DNA from: an uncultured Brevundimonas sp.
GTDB lineage: Bacteria; Pseudomonadota; Alphaproteobacteria; Caulobacterales; Caulobacteraceae
NCBI GenBank assembly: GCA_963975385.1
Contig: CAXBHG010000001.1
Span: 4,460-68,459, forward strand
DNA: 64,000 nucleotides
Direction: 5' to 3'
Below the pieces are notes generated by a model, which was not told the origin of the DNA, ran no database searches, and saw only the letters and a program-made list of their open reading frames with translations. Shown here piece after piece: positions 17,167-26,973 of this stretch; the first letter of the stretch is position 1; every line of letters starts with the position of its first letter. Both the position numbers and the translations under genes were made by a program.

Positions 17167-19446
17167 ATGAGACTGGCACTTCTTCTGGGCGCGGCACTGG
17201 CTCCCCTGGCGCTGGCGGGCGTGGCCCAGGCCCAGACTACCCCCCCGGCGGCCAACGGACCCACGACCGCCCTGTCCGAGGTGATCGTCACCGGCCGACC
17301 GGTCCTGCGCAATCGCACCGATGATGTGGTGCCGACGCTGTCCTACGACCTTGAATATTTCCAGCGTTTCGAGCCGCTGACCGTCGGGGATGCGCTGAAG
17401 CGGGTGCCGTCAGTGACCTTCCTGTCCGATGTGCTGGAATCGGACGGCGTGCGCCTGCGCGGCCTCGACCCCGGCTATACCCAGATCCTGATCAACGGCG
17501 AGCGGGTCCCGGGCTCGGGCGTCGACCGGTCCTTCTTCGTCGACCGGATCCCGGCCGAGCTGATCGAGCGGGTCGAGGTCGTCCGGTCCTCCTCGGCCAA
17601 CCGGTCGGGTGACGCGGTCGCCGGCACGATCAATATCGTGCTGCGCGACGCCCTGGCGCTGGACGGCGGCTATGTCCGGCTGGGCGCGATCAATTTCCCG
17701 GACAGCGACCACGGCCGCTGGGGCGGCACCTATGGCGCGGTCTGGGGCGGCCAGGTCGGGGCCGGACGCCTGCTGCTGGGGGCCAATGTCCAGGACCGCC
17801 GCAATCCCAAGCTGAAATACAGTCAGCGGTTCGATGAGCCCGGCGGCACGCTCGACAACACCGAGGTGCAGACCGACACCCGTGACGGCACCGACTATTC
17901 GTTCAACGGGGCCTATCAGGTCGATGTCGGCGGCGGCGAGCTTCAGCTGGCCGGGGCCTTTGTGCGCACCGATCGAATCCAGGATGAGCATTCGACAGAA
18001 TATGACGGCGGGGTCGAGACCGCGCCCAATATCGTCTCGATCAACGACAATGACCTCGATATCCGCACCGACAATCTGTCGCTGCGGGCCCGCTACGACC
18101 ACGACATGTTCGGCGGCCGGACCCGCTTCAAACTGGGTTATGCCAATATCCGCGACGACCAGTACGAGACGGAATACGAGTCCGAATATCTGCGCGACGC
18201 CCTCCCCTATCCCGATGAGGATCGTTTCACCGCCGATGCCGAGGACGTGCGGATTCGCGACGGGGAAGTCTCGGCGGCCCTGGAGCATGAGCGCGATCTG
18301 ACCGGCGACATGGAGCTGGAGTTCGGCGTGCAGGTCGCCCGCAAGGATCGCGACAGCCTGGTCACCGAGGCTCCGCGCATCCGCTTCAACGTGCCCAACG
18401 CCCCCGGCGTGCGGCCGACCGTGCCGCCGTTCGCGGCGTTCGCCGCCGTGGCTGGCGGCGACAGCACGATCGAGGAAACCCGGATCGACCCCTATCTGAT
18501 GTTGTCCGGTGACCGGGGTGCGCTGAAATGGGAGGCGGGCCTGCGCTATGAGACCACCGACACCACCATCACCGACCGGACCGCGCTGCCGGCCGACCGC
18601 GTCACCGAAAACGACTATGGCTTCCTGCTGCCCTCGGCCAGCCTGCGCTACCGGCTGTCGGACAGCGACCGTCTGATCCTGTCGGTGGCCCGGACCGTGC
18701 GCCGTCCGAATTTCGACCGCCTGTCGCCGGCCCTGCTTGAGGAGGAGTTCGGGGACGATGACTTCATCGGCAATCCGGACCTGCAGCCGGAATCGGCCTG
18801 GGGCATCGACCTCGGCTTCGAGCGGCGGCTGGGGCGTCGCGGCGTCGTCGGCCTCAACGCCTTCTATCGCGACATCACCGATCTGGTCGAGGAGACCAAT
18901 ACTGCGGTCGAGGGCAGCGGCGGACCCGGCACCTATGTCTATACGGTCGACAATGTCGGCGACGGCCGGGTCTGGGGGGTCGAGTTCGACCTGTCCACGC
19001 CGCTGGACTTCATCGGCATGGAAAGCACCGGCGTCTTCCTGAACTACTCCTGGCTGGACAGTTCGATCGAGGATCACATGGGCGACCGGCGGTTCAACGG
19101 CCAGTCGGACTATGTGATGAGCGTCGGCTTCACCCAGGACCTGCCCGCCTGGGGTGGGGCTTTCGGGGCCAGCTATCGCAAACAGGGTGACGCCCACGAC
19201 CGGGTGCTGGCCGAGGAGGTCAGGACCTCCTACGGGGCCGATCTCGAGGTGTTTATCGAGAAGCAGCTGTTTGACAATGTGGTGGTCCGCCTGACCGGGT
19301 CGAACCTGCTCGATTCGTCCAAGGATGAGGTGTTCGACAAGTTCGACAGTGCCGGCGACCAGATCGCCCGCGACTATGACGAGTATGAGCTGGAAACCGA
19401 GTCGGCCGGGCCGGTCTATCAGCTGGTGATGCGCGTCGCCTTCTGA
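17167..19446 (+). CDS. TonB-dependent receptor (divergent from phytase)
   Basis: Signal peptide AQA-Q, EVIVTG TonB box region, plug IERVEVVR...GTINIV, NPDLQPE, terminal Phe. Confidence 0.92.
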   Translation: MRLALLLGAALAPLALAGVAQAQTTPPAANGPTTALSEVIVTGRPVLRNRTDDVVPTLSYDLEYFQRFEPLTVGDALKRVPSVTFLSDVLESDGVRLRGLDPGYTQILINGERVPGSGVDRSFFVDRIPAELIERVEVVRSSSANRSGDAVAGTINIVLRDALALDGGYVRLGAINFPDSDHGRWGGTYGAVWGGQVGAGRLLLGANVQDRRNPKLKYSQRFDEPGGTLDNTEVQTDTRDGTDYSFNGAYQVDVGGGELQLAGAFVRTDRIQDEHSTEYDGGVETAPNIVSINDNDLDIRTDNLSLRARYDHDMFGGRTRFKLGYANIRDDQYETEYESEYLRDALPYPDEDRFTADAEDVRIRDGEVSAALEHERDLTGDMELEFGVQVARKDRDSLVTEAPRIRFNVPNAPGVRPTVPPFAAFAAVAGGDSTIEETRIDPYLMLSGDRGALKWEAGLRYETTDTTITDRTALPADRVTENDYGFLLPSASLRYRLSDSDRLILSVARTVRRPNFDRLSPALLEEEFGDDDFIGNPDLQPESAWGIDLGFERRLGRRGVVGLNAFYRDITDLVEETNTAVEGSGGPGTYVYTVDNVGDGRVWGVEFDLSTPLDFIGMESTGVFLNYSWLDSSIEDHMGDRRFNGQSDYVMSVGFTQDLPAWGGAFGASYRKQGDAHDRVLAEEVRTSYGADLEVFIEKQLFDNVVVRLTGSNLLDSSKDEVFDKFDSAGDQIARDYDEYELETESAGPVYQLVMRVAF

Positions 19447-19471
19447 TCCCGGCGACAGTCCTGATTACGGG

Positions 19472-19498
19472 GGGCCGGGCGGTGACGTCCGGCCCTTT
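19472..19498 (+). terminator. Rho-independent terminator after TBDR
   Basis: gggccgggcg-gtga-cgtccggccc-ttt. Confidence 0.65.
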
Positions 19499-19654
19499 GC
19501 GTGCGGCCTTCCGCCCGATTGTTCGCGCCGATCGTCGGGATGACGATGTGGCACGGCGCGACTCGCTTCACAGGGGTGCCACAATCCTGCGGTTCGCCTC
19601 TTGCAAGGTGTCGCGGATGCGGCGCGCAGGGCGCCACTTTGGGACGGATCGCGC

Positions 19655-21439
19655 ATGTTCATGGAAGGTGAGGTGAACTGGGTTCTGCTGTTGGGCGGCA
19701 CCTGTGCCGTGCTGGCGGTGATCACCCTGGTCTCCCTCTGGTTCGCCCTGACCCACCGTGTGCGGCACGTCAGCACCAGTGACCAGCTGGACATGGCCCA
19801 GAAGGTCGCCGACGCGGCCGACCGGCGCCTGCTGGAAACCCTGAACGCCATTCCTGTCGCCCTGGTCGAGACCGACCGGGCCGGCAAATTCGTCTTTGCC
19901 AACCGGGCCGCCCACCAGCTTCTGGGCCGGCGCGACGCCGAACTGATCGGCCTGCGTTTCCATTCCGCCACCTGGGGCATCACCTATCCCGACGGCCGCC
20001 CCGTGCCTCCCGACCTGCTGCCCAGCGCGCGGGCCCTGCGCGGCCAGACGGTCAAGGGGTTCCAGCATCTGATGGCCAATCCGGCGACCCGGCGCAAAAT
20101 GCTGGTCTCGGTCACCGCCATGCCGATCGAGGATCCGCGCGGCGACGTGACCGGCTCGATCGCCGCCATCGTCGAGACGGAAAGCCTGACCCAGCCCGAA
20201 CCCGCCCCGGTCGCGATGATCGAGGGGCCGGTTGCCGCGTCCGACCTCCTGACCCGTCGGGTGTTCGAGGCGGCCTCCAGCGCCCTGGTGGTGATCGACG
20301 CCGACGGCCGCATCCGCGAAGCCAACCGCACGGCCCTGGGTGTGCTGGACACGGCCGGGGATCTGACGGGCCGGCCCTTCGTCGATGTCTTCCTTGAGGC
20401 GGACGAACGGTCAGCGGCCCGTGATCTGCTGCGGGCCGCGCTTACGCCGGGAACGGAGGTCAGCGACCCCATCCTGTCCGGAGTGAATTCGGACCGTCCG
20501 ATCCGCTGGTCCCTGTTGCCAATGCTCGATGAGTCCGGCGTGCCGGACGCGGTGCTGCTGGCCGGCGAGCGCGCCGACGGCGAGGCGACGTCCGAGGCCG
20601 GGACGGCGGCGACCGTCGAGATTGTCACCGCCGAGGCCGCCGACCGCGAGGCCGAGCTGGTGGCCGAGGTTACAGCGGCCCGGCAGGCCGCCGAACAGGC
20701 GCGCGCCGAGGCGGAGGCTGTTCGCGCCGCTGCCCTGAAGACCGAGGCCGATGCGCGGGCCGAGCTGGAGGGCGGGCGTCGCATGGAGAGCGTCGGCCGG
20801 CTGACCGGTGGCGTGGCCCATGATTTCAACGCCCTGCTCGGCGTCATGACCGGTGCGCTGGACATGATGCTGCGCCAGGCGGACGATCCGGGCCGGATCC
20901 GGCGCCTGGGCCAGGCCGCCCTGGCGGCCGGCCGCAAGGGCGAACTGCTGACCCGGCGGCTGACTGCCTTTTCCCAGGGCGACGATTCACCGGTGCTGCA
21001 GGAGCTGGACGCGGGCGTGCTGCTGCGCGGGCTTGAGGGCAAGCTGCGGGACCAGGCCGGGTCCGGCATCGATCTGATGATCGAGGGGCCTTCGGAAGCA
21101 GTCCAGGTGCGGCTGGACCCGGTCGCCTTCGACGGGGCGGTGCGCGCCCTGCTGGCCAATGCGATCGAGGCCGTCGACGGCCAGGGTTCGGTCGCGGTGC
21201 GGCTGGAGGCCCTGATGGAGGGCGGGGTGCGGCTGAGCGTGCGGGACTCCGGCCCCGGCATGGACGCCGAACTGGCCGCCCGCGCGGTCGAGCCGTTCTT
21301 CACCACCCGGGAAGGGGCGGCCGGTCTGGGCCTGTCCCAGGCCTATGCCTTCGCGCGCCAGTCCGGCGGGGTGCTGTCGATCGACAGCCGGCCCGGCGAC
21401 GGGGCCGAGGTGGCCATCACCCTGCCGGCCAGCGCCTGA
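19655..21439 (+). CDS. Orphan membrane-anchored PAS-PAS sensor histidine kinase (no receiver domain)
   Basis: N-terminal TM, two PAS starts (FANRAA, EANRTA), H-box GVAHDFN, LANAIEA, DSGPGM, EPFFTT, GLGLS. Confidence 0.88.
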   Translation: MFMEGEVNWVLLLGGTCAVLAVITLVSLWFALTHRVRHVSTSDQLDMAQKVADAADRRLLETLNAIPVALVETDRAGKFVFANRAAHQLLGRRDAELIGLRFHSATWGITYPDGRPVPPDLLPSARALRGQTVKGFQHLMANPATRRKMLVSVTAMPIEDPRGDVTGSIAAIVETESLTQPEPAPVAMIEGPVAASDLLTRRVFEAASSALVVIDADGRIREANRTALGVLDTAGDLTGRPFVDVFLEADERSAARDLLRAALTPGTEVSDPILSGVNSDRPIRWSLLPMLDESGVPDAVLLAGERADGEATSEAGTAATVEIVTAEAADREAELVAEVTAARQAAEQARAEAEAVRAAALKTEADARAELEGGRRMESVGRLTGGVAHDFNALLGVMTGALDMMLRQADDPGRIRRLGQAALAAGRKGELLTRRLTAFSQGDDSPVLQELDAGVLLRGLEGKLRDQAGSGIDLMIEGPSEAVQVRLDPVAFDGAVRALLANAIEAVDGQGSVAVRLEALMEGGVRLSVRDSGPGMDAELAARAVEPFFTTREGAAGLGLSQAYAFARQSGGVLSIDSRPGDGAEVAITLPASA

Positions 21440-21511
21440 GGGCAGGCTGGCCGACTCTGGCCTCGACCCCGAAACAGTGGTTAGCCTTGTCCCGAAACGG
21501 GAGGTTCAACC

Positions 21512-21991
21512 ATGAAACTGCTGCGCTTCATCCTCGTCCTGGTCGTCATTGCCTATGCGGGCTGGCTGATCTGGCCGGTTCTGTCCCCCTTCCTTGAAGG
21601 CGCGTCACCCGAGGCCGCGTCAATGCGCGCCGGTGCCGAGGCCGGGGCCGGGGGTCTGCCCACGGCGGTCTTCTGGATCGCGGCGGCGGTCCTGTATCTG
21701 GTCGCCGCCCTGATGCTGGGCGCGGGCAACCCGAGGGCGGCAATCGCCTATTTCCTCGGCTTCATCGCCGACGCGGCCCTGCGTCTGGCGCTGGACAATG
21801 GCGGCGGCGGCGGCGGCGGCGGCGGCGAGATCGCCGCCCGTTCGGCCGAGGCCATGGCACCGGCGACCTCCGGCCTCGGGGTCGACCCGACCTGGCTGAT
21901 CCTCGGGGGGCTGCTGCTGCTGGGCGGGCTGGTCGTGCTCGTCAGTCGTCGTCGGCGGCGGCAGAGGGTTGCAGGCCAGCTGACGATCTGA
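21512..21991 (+). CDS. Hypothetical membrane protein with poly-Gly linker
   Basis: GGAGG SD before ATG; four hydrophobic segments; C-terminal RRRRR. Confidence 0.75.
   Translation: MKLLRFILVLVVIAYAGWLIWPVLSPFLEGASPEAASMRAGAEAGAGGLPTAVFWIAAAVLYLVAALMLGAGNPRAAIAYFLGFIADAALRLALDNGGGGGGGGGEIAARSAEAMAPATSGLGVDPTWLILGGLLLLGGLVVLVSRRRRRQRVAGQLTI
21800..21826 (+). repeat. (GGC)9 microsatellite encoding Gly9
   Basis: Nine perfect GGC triplets. Confidence 0.9.
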
Positions 21992-22133
21992 ACAGGCCGG
22001 CGCGCCTGTTGCGCACTGCAACCCTGTGTGATCGCCGCGGGCGTGCCTATATCGGTGGCGACGGTTGACGCCCACAGGGCGGACGCTAGTTTCCGCGCGC
22101 TCCCCCGCGCCCGTTCGAGACCCAGAGGATTTC

Positions 22134-23540
22134 ATGGCCGAAGCCCCGTCGTATGACGTCATCATCATCGGAGGCGGGCCGGGTGGCTACAACGCCGCGA
22201 TCCGCGCCGGCCAGCTGGGGATGACGGCGGCCTGTATCGAGATGCGTGACACGCTGGGCGGCACCTGCCTGAACGTCGGCTGCATGCCGTCCAAGGCCCT
22301 CCTCCACGCGTCGGAGCTGTATGAGGCCGCCAATAGCGAGTTCGCCGCCCTGGGTATCGAGGTCAGCCCGAAACTGAACCTGGTCCAGATGATGAAACAG
22401 AAGGCCGAGAGCGTGGAGGCCCTGACCAAGGGCATCGAATTCCTGTTCAAGAAGAACAAGGTCGACTGGGTCCGCGGGCGCGGTCGCATCACCGGGCCGG
22501 GCAAGGTCGAGGTGACCGCCGCCGACGGCAAGACCACCACCCTGTCGGGCAAGAATATCGTTATCGCCACCGGCTCCGAGCCGACCCCGCTGCCGGGCGT
22601 CGCCTTCGAGGCCGGCAAGGTCATCGATTCCACCGGGGCCCTGTCGCTGTCGGCGGTGCCGAAACATCTGATCGTGGTCGGGGCCGGGATCATCGGCCTG
22701 GAGCTGGGATCGGTCTGGCGTCGTCTGGGCGCGCAGGTCACGGTCGTTGAATATCTGCCGCGCATCAGCCCTGGCATGGACAGTGATCTGGCCAAGGCCT
22801 TCCAGCGCGTCCTGACCAAACAGGGCATGACCTTCAAACTGGGCTCCAAGGTCACCGCCGCCAAATCGGGCAAGGACGGCGTCGAGCTGACGATCGAACC
22901 GGCCGCCGGCGGCGCTGCAGAGACGCTGAAGGGCGACGTCGTCCTGGTGGCCATCGGCCGTCGGCCGTACACAGAGGGTCTCGGCCTCGAGACGGTCGGG
23001 ATCGAACCCGACAAGCGTGGCGTCATCGGCAATGACCATTTCCGCACCGGCAAGGACGGGGTCTGGGTCATCGGCGACGTCACCACCGGTCCCATGCTGG
23101 CGCACAAGGCCGAGGAGGACGCGGTCGCGGTGATCGAACTGATCGCCGGCAAGGCCGGGCACGTCGACTACAACCTGGTGCCGAGCGTGGTCTATACGTC
23201 ACCGGAAGTGGCCTGGGTCGGTCAGAGCGAGGACCAGCTGAAGGCCGACGGCGTTGCCTACAAGGTCGGCAAATTCCCGTTCAGCGCCAACAGCCGCGCC
23301 AAGATCAACCATGAGACCGAGGGCTATGCCAAGGTGCTGGCCGATGCCACCACCGATCGCATCCTCGGGGTGCATATCCTCGGCCCCCAGGCCGGCGAGA
23401 TGATCGGCGAGGCCTGTATCGCCATGGCCTTCGGCGGGGCGTCGGAAGACATCGCCCGCACCAGCCACGCCCACCCGACCCGCTCCGAGGCCGTCAAACA
23501 GGCGGCCATGGGGGTCGAGAACTGGACTATGCAGGCCTGA
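22134..23540 (+). CDS. lpdA: Dihydrolipoyl dehydrogenase
   Basis: GGGPGG, GGTCLNVGCMPSK, GAGIIG, MLAHKA, HAHPT. Confidence 0.96.
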   Translation: MAEAPSYDVIIIGGGPGGYNAAIRAGQLGMTAACIEMRDTLGGTCLNVGCMPSKALLHASELYEAANSEFAALGIEVSPKLNLVQMMKQKAESVEALTKGIEFLFKKNKVDWVRGRGRITGPGKVEVTAADGKTTTLSGKNIVIATGSEPTPLPGVAFEAGKVIDSTGALSLSAVPKHLIVVGAGIIGLELGSVWRRLGAQVTVVEYLPRISPGMDSDLAKAFQRVLTKQGMTFKLGSKVTAAKSGKDGVELTIEPAAGGAAETLKGDVVLVAIGRRPYTEGLGLETVGIEPDKRGVIGNDHFRTGKDGVWVIGDVTTGPMLAHKAEEDAVAVIELIAGKAGHVDYNLVPSVVYTSPEVAWVGQSEDQLKADGVAYKVGKFPFSANSRAKINHETEGYAKVLADATTDRILGVHILGPQAGEMIGEACIAMAFGGASEDIARTSHAHPTRSEAVKQAAMGVENWTMQA

Positions 23541-24561
23541 CGGGCTGTACCTGGCCCACCGGCCGTTCCAGCGGCCGGGTCGAGGGCGGGCGGCGGCCGG
23601 TGAAGGTCACGACATTGTCCGGGAAGTCCAGCGTCACCTCACGGAAGCGGCTGAGAACGTCGGCCCCGAGCAGCAGGGCCGGCCGGTCGATCATGTCGAG
23701 GGTCTCGAAACAGTGCAGGTCGGCGAACAGCAGCGGCGTCGGTCCCAGCCGGGTCAGACCCAGACGCAGGTCGTCGACCTGAAGCAGGTCAGCGTTCAGA
23801 CGCTGGCCCGTTACGCCGTAGACCGGCACCGGACGGGGCGTGCGGCGACCGTCCGGATGACGCGCCCCGATCGCCCGGGCCAGGGCCAGGTTGCCGATTG
23901 AATACTGGGCCCCGCTGTCGACGAAGGCCGCGGTCTGCTGGCCGTCAACCTGCACCTGGGTCAGGATCAGCTGGCCATAGCGTCCCCGGGTCGTATGCAT
24001 CCGGCCCCGGCGGATTCGGGACCCGGTCTGCACCTCGCTGCCGGTCACCATCCGCACGCCCCGCAGTGTCAGGGTCGCCGTACGGCTGGCGACATCGAAC
24101 CTCAACCGGAACCGGCCGAGGACGTCGAGCCCGATCAGCCCGTCCGCTCCCAGCTGGTCGCGGTCGAACACCGGGCACTGGAGCTGGCGAAAGCCCATGC
24201 CGTTCAGGTCCAGCCGGTCGACCCGGACCGTTCGGGCCATGGCCGCCTCGGTGATGCCATGCACCAGGACCGGATCTCCGGCCGGCAGTCCCAGCCGTGC
24301 GGCGACCGTGTCGGCGATCGAGGTGGTGCCCGCCCCGGTGTCGATGACGAAGACGAATGGGCCCTGGCCGTCGATATGGACCCGGGCCCCGACCCGATTG
24401 AACAGATTGGTCAGCAGCCGAATCTCGGCGACGTCCGGCCCCGGTGCCGGAAGTGCCGGGTCCTGGGCCGCTGCGGGCAGGCCGGTGAAACCGCCCAGCG
24501 TCGCGCCCAGTCCCGCGAGCAGGAGTCTGCGGTCAGGGCCTGGCGTGCGATCAGCGGTCAG
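23527..24561 (-). CDS. Two-domain retropepsin-like aspartyl protease with Tat-like signal; probable CTG start
   Basis: Frame is open upstream of the ORF-track start (24264): DRRLLLAGLG...AAA-QD, FVIDTGA, DGLIGLDVL, AFVDSGA, LLLGADVL. GGGGAG lies 6 nt before CTG 24561. Confidence 0.8.
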   Translation of the reverse strand: MTADRTPGPDRRLLLAGLGATLGGFTGLPAAAQDPALPAPGPDVAEIRLLTNLFNRVGARVHIDGQGPFVFVIDTGAGTTSIADTVAARLGLPAGDPVLVHGITEAAMARTVRVDRLDLNGMGFRQLQCPVFDRDQLGADGLIGLDVLGRFRLRFDVASRTATLTLRGVRMVTGSEVQTGSRIRRGRMHTTRGRYGQLILTQVQVDGQQTAAFVDSGAQYSIGNLALARAIGARHPDGRRTPRPVPVYGVTGQRLNADLLQVDDLRLGLTRLGPTPLLFADLHCFETLDMIDRPALLLGADVLSRFREVTLDFPDNVVTFTGRRPPSTRPLERPVGQVQPVRPA

Positions 24562-24629
24562 AGCGGGCTCCCCGGCGGGTTCCAGGCCATGTTAGGCCGG
24601 GTTTCGACCCGTTGGCGAATCGCCGGTCG

Positions 24630-25559
24630 TCAGCGGCGTGGATGGGCAGCGGCATAGGCCCCCAGCAGGCGCTGCGTATCGACCGCCGTGTATTTCTGGG
24701 TCGTCGACAGGCTGGCGTGGCCCAGCAATTCCTGGATGATACGCAGATCGGCCCCGGCCCCCAGAAGATGGGTGGCGAAGCTGTGACGCAGGGCGTGGGG
24801 CGTGGCGCTGGCGGGCAGGCCCAGCCGCCCGCGCAGGATCTGGACCGAGGCCTGGACGTGACGGGGACTCAACGGGCCGCCGCGGCGGGCCCGGAACAGG
24901 GCGTCGGACGGCTGAAGCGGAAACGGCAACAGGGTCAGATAGGCGTCGATGGCTGTGCGCACCACCGGCAGGACGGGGACCTGCCGCGTCCTGCCGCCCT
25001 TGCCGGTGATCCGCAGCGTCGCGGGCACCGGGGCGTCGGCGCGGGTCAGGGACAGGCCTTCGGAAATCCGCAGGCCGCAGCCGTACAGCAGGGTCAGCAC
25101 CGCCCGGTCGCGTGCCGCCTCCCACGGCGGCAGGTCGGGATCTGCCTGCGGCTCATCCAGCAGGCCGCGGGCCTGGTCCTCTGTCACCGGTCGCGGCAGG
25201 GTCGGTTTGACGCGCGGGCCGCGCACCAGGGCGACCAAGGGCGAGGGCGTGTCCAGCCGTCGGTCGAGGAAGCCGTGAAAGGTGCGGATCGCCGACAGGG
25301 TCTGGCTCAGCGAGCGGGCGTTCAGCGGACGCTCGCCGCTGCGTCGGTCGGCCAGATGGGCCCGGATCTCGGCGGCACTGACCGTGCCCAGGTCCCCGAG
25401 GCGCTGGGGCGCGCCGCGGTGGCGTTCCAGAAAGGCCAGATAGTGTCGGCCGATATGCCCATAGGCCTCAAGGGTTCGGGGCGACAGCCGGCGTTCGTGG
25501 GCCAGATGCTCCAGCCAGGCCGACAGGGCGGTGGCGGCGGTCAGTTCAGGATCGGCCAT
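24630..25559 (-). CDS. xerC: Tyrosine recombinase XerC
   Basis: GCGLRISE, HALRHSFATHLL, LLGHASLSTTQKY; downstream of DUF484 as is typical for xerC. Confidence 0.92.
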   Translation of the reverse strand: MADPELTAATALSAWLEHLAHERRLSPRTLEAYGHIGRHYLAFLERHRGAPQRLGDLGTVSAAEIRAHLADRRSGERPLNARSLSQTLSAIRTFHGFLDRRLDTPSPLVALVRGPRVKPTLPRPVTEDQARGLLDEPQADPDLPPWEAARDRAVLTLLYGCGLRISEGLSLTRADAPVPATLRITGKGGRTRQVPVLPVVRTAIDAYLTLLPFPLQPSDALFRARRGGPLSPRHVQASVQILRGRLGLPASATPHALRHSFATHLLGAGADLRIIQELLGHASLSTTQKYTAVDTQRLLGAYAAAHPRR

Positions 25560-26251
25560 CGTTCGGCCGTGCGTTCGACGACCCGGGCGATGAAGGCCAC
25601 CAGCTCGCAGCCCATCTCGGGCGTGAAGCCGTCCGCCTCGGGCGAGGCGAAGGCGCACAGGGCCGGACGGCTGGCGGCGTCGGCCCCGGGGAAATGGGGC
25701 GTCATGCGGATCAGGGCGACCGACTTCACCTCGGCCTCCGGGGCGCTGAACAGGTCCAGGCCGTCGAAATCGGGACCCAGCCAGGTCAGGCCGTGTTCGC
25801 CCAGCAGGCTGTCGACCCGGCCGCTGTCCAGGCTGCGCCAGCCGAAGGGCACCCCGCCCGGCTTTTCAATGGCGATGACCGCCCCGGCCAGGCCGAAACG
25901 GCCCTGGGCCACGGCGTCGAGCCGGCGCGCGAGATCCGACGGATTGCGGGCTTCCAGCAGGTCGAGGGCGGCGACATGGGTCTGGGTCTGGGCGGCGAAA
26001 TTGGCGCGGGCTACGGCCTCGATCCGTTTGCGGGCGTCAGCCTCGCGTTCGGCAGCGGCCTCCAGTTTCGTCAGGGCGGCGCGGCCGAACTCGACCACAT
26101 TACGGCCATGCGGCTTCAGGCCGATCTCTTCCAGCAGGGACCGATCATCAAGCAGGAATCGCGGATTGGCCTGCAGCCAGGTCCGGATCTCGGGCCAGTG
26201 CGGCGCATCGGTCTCGACGTCCGGGAACAGATCAGGCGTACCGTTCAACAA
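25541..26251 (-). CDS. DUF484 family protein
   Basis: WLQANPRFL, NVVEF, coiled segment, FTPEMGCEL. TTG start with GGAG; synteny with xerC. Confidence 0.82.
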   Translation of the reverse strand: MLNGTPDLFPDVETDAPHWPEIRTWLQANPRFLLDDRSLLEEIGLKPHGRNVVEFGRAALTKLEAAAEREADARKRIEAVARANFAAQTQTHVAALDLLEARNPSDLARRLDAVAQGRFGLAGAVIAIEKPGGVPFGWRSLDSGRVDSLLGEHGLTWLGPDFDGLDLFSAPEAEVKSVALIRMTPHFPGADAASRPALCAFASPEADGFTPEMGCELVAFIARVVERTAERWPILN

Positions 26252-26283
26252 GATATCTCCCGGGAGCCCCGTCCGGGGCGAGA

Positions 26284-26937
26284 CTACAGAATCGACTGAC
26301 CGGTCTTGCCCCAGTCCGCCAGGAAGGCATCAAGACCCTTGTCGGTTAACGGGTGCTTGATCAGGGCCCTGAAGGTGTCGGCGGGCAGGGTGGCGGCATC
26401 GGCCCCGGCCAGGGCGGCGGCCGTGACATGGTCGGGATTGCGCAGCGAGGCAGCCAGGATTTCAGTGTCGAAATCATGGATGTCGAACAGGGTGCGAATC
26501 TCTTCCAGCAGGCCGACCCCGTCGGCTCCGACATCTTCCAGCCGGCCGACGAACGGCGAGACGAAGGTGGCCCCGGCCTTGGCGGCCAGCATGGCCTGGG
26601 CGGCAGAGAAACACAGGGTGACATTGGTCTTGATGCCCTTGTCGGCAAAGACCCGTGTCGCGCGCAGCCCGTCCCAGGTCAGGGGCAGTTTCACCACCAC
26701 ATTCGGGGCGATGGCGGCCAGCTTGTCGCCCTCCTTGACCATGGTCCCGAAATCCATCGCCACGGCCTCGGCGGAGATCGGCCCCTCGACGAGGGCGCAA
26801 ATCTCGGCGATGACCTCGGCGATGTTGCGACCGGATTTGGCGATCAGCGAGGGATTGGTGGTAACGCCGTCCACCATGCCGGTGGGGACCATGTCCTTGA
26901 TGACGGCGACGTCGGCGGTGTCGAGGAAGAGTTTCAT
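26284..26937 (-). CDS. tal: Transaldolase (small TalC/MipB type)
   Basis: [21 protein letters not shown] Schiff-base Lys. SAE Glu and SPF Phe favour transaldolase over FSA. Confidence 0.92.
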   Translation of the reverse strand: MKLFLDTADVAVIKDMVPTGMVDGVTTNPSLIAKSGRNIAEVIAEICALVEGPISAEAVAMDFGTMVKEGDKLAAIAPNVVVKLPLTWDGLRATRVFADKGIKTNVTLCFSAAQAMLAAKAGATFVSPFVGRLEDVGADGVGLLEEIRTLFDIHDFDTEILAASLRNPDHVTAAALAGADAATLPADTFRALIKHPLTDKGLDAFLADWGKTGQSIL

Positions 26938-26944
26938 GCCGCTG

Positions 26945-26973
26945 GTTCTAGCCGAGGGGGACAAACAGTGAAA
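26945..26973 (-). promoter_or_regulatory. Putative sigma-70 promoter for leaderless tal mRNA
   Basis: Minus strand TTTCAC-N15-GCTAGAAC-N7-ATG, no SD. Confidence 0.5.

Noticed and set aside
15577-21439. Genomic island integrated at tRNA-Gly
   Set aside because: No integrase, no duplicated tRNA 3' end noticed, and composition resembles the flanks.
24630-25559. Phage or island integrase
   Set aside because: Motifs and DUF484 synteny indicate housekeeping XerC.
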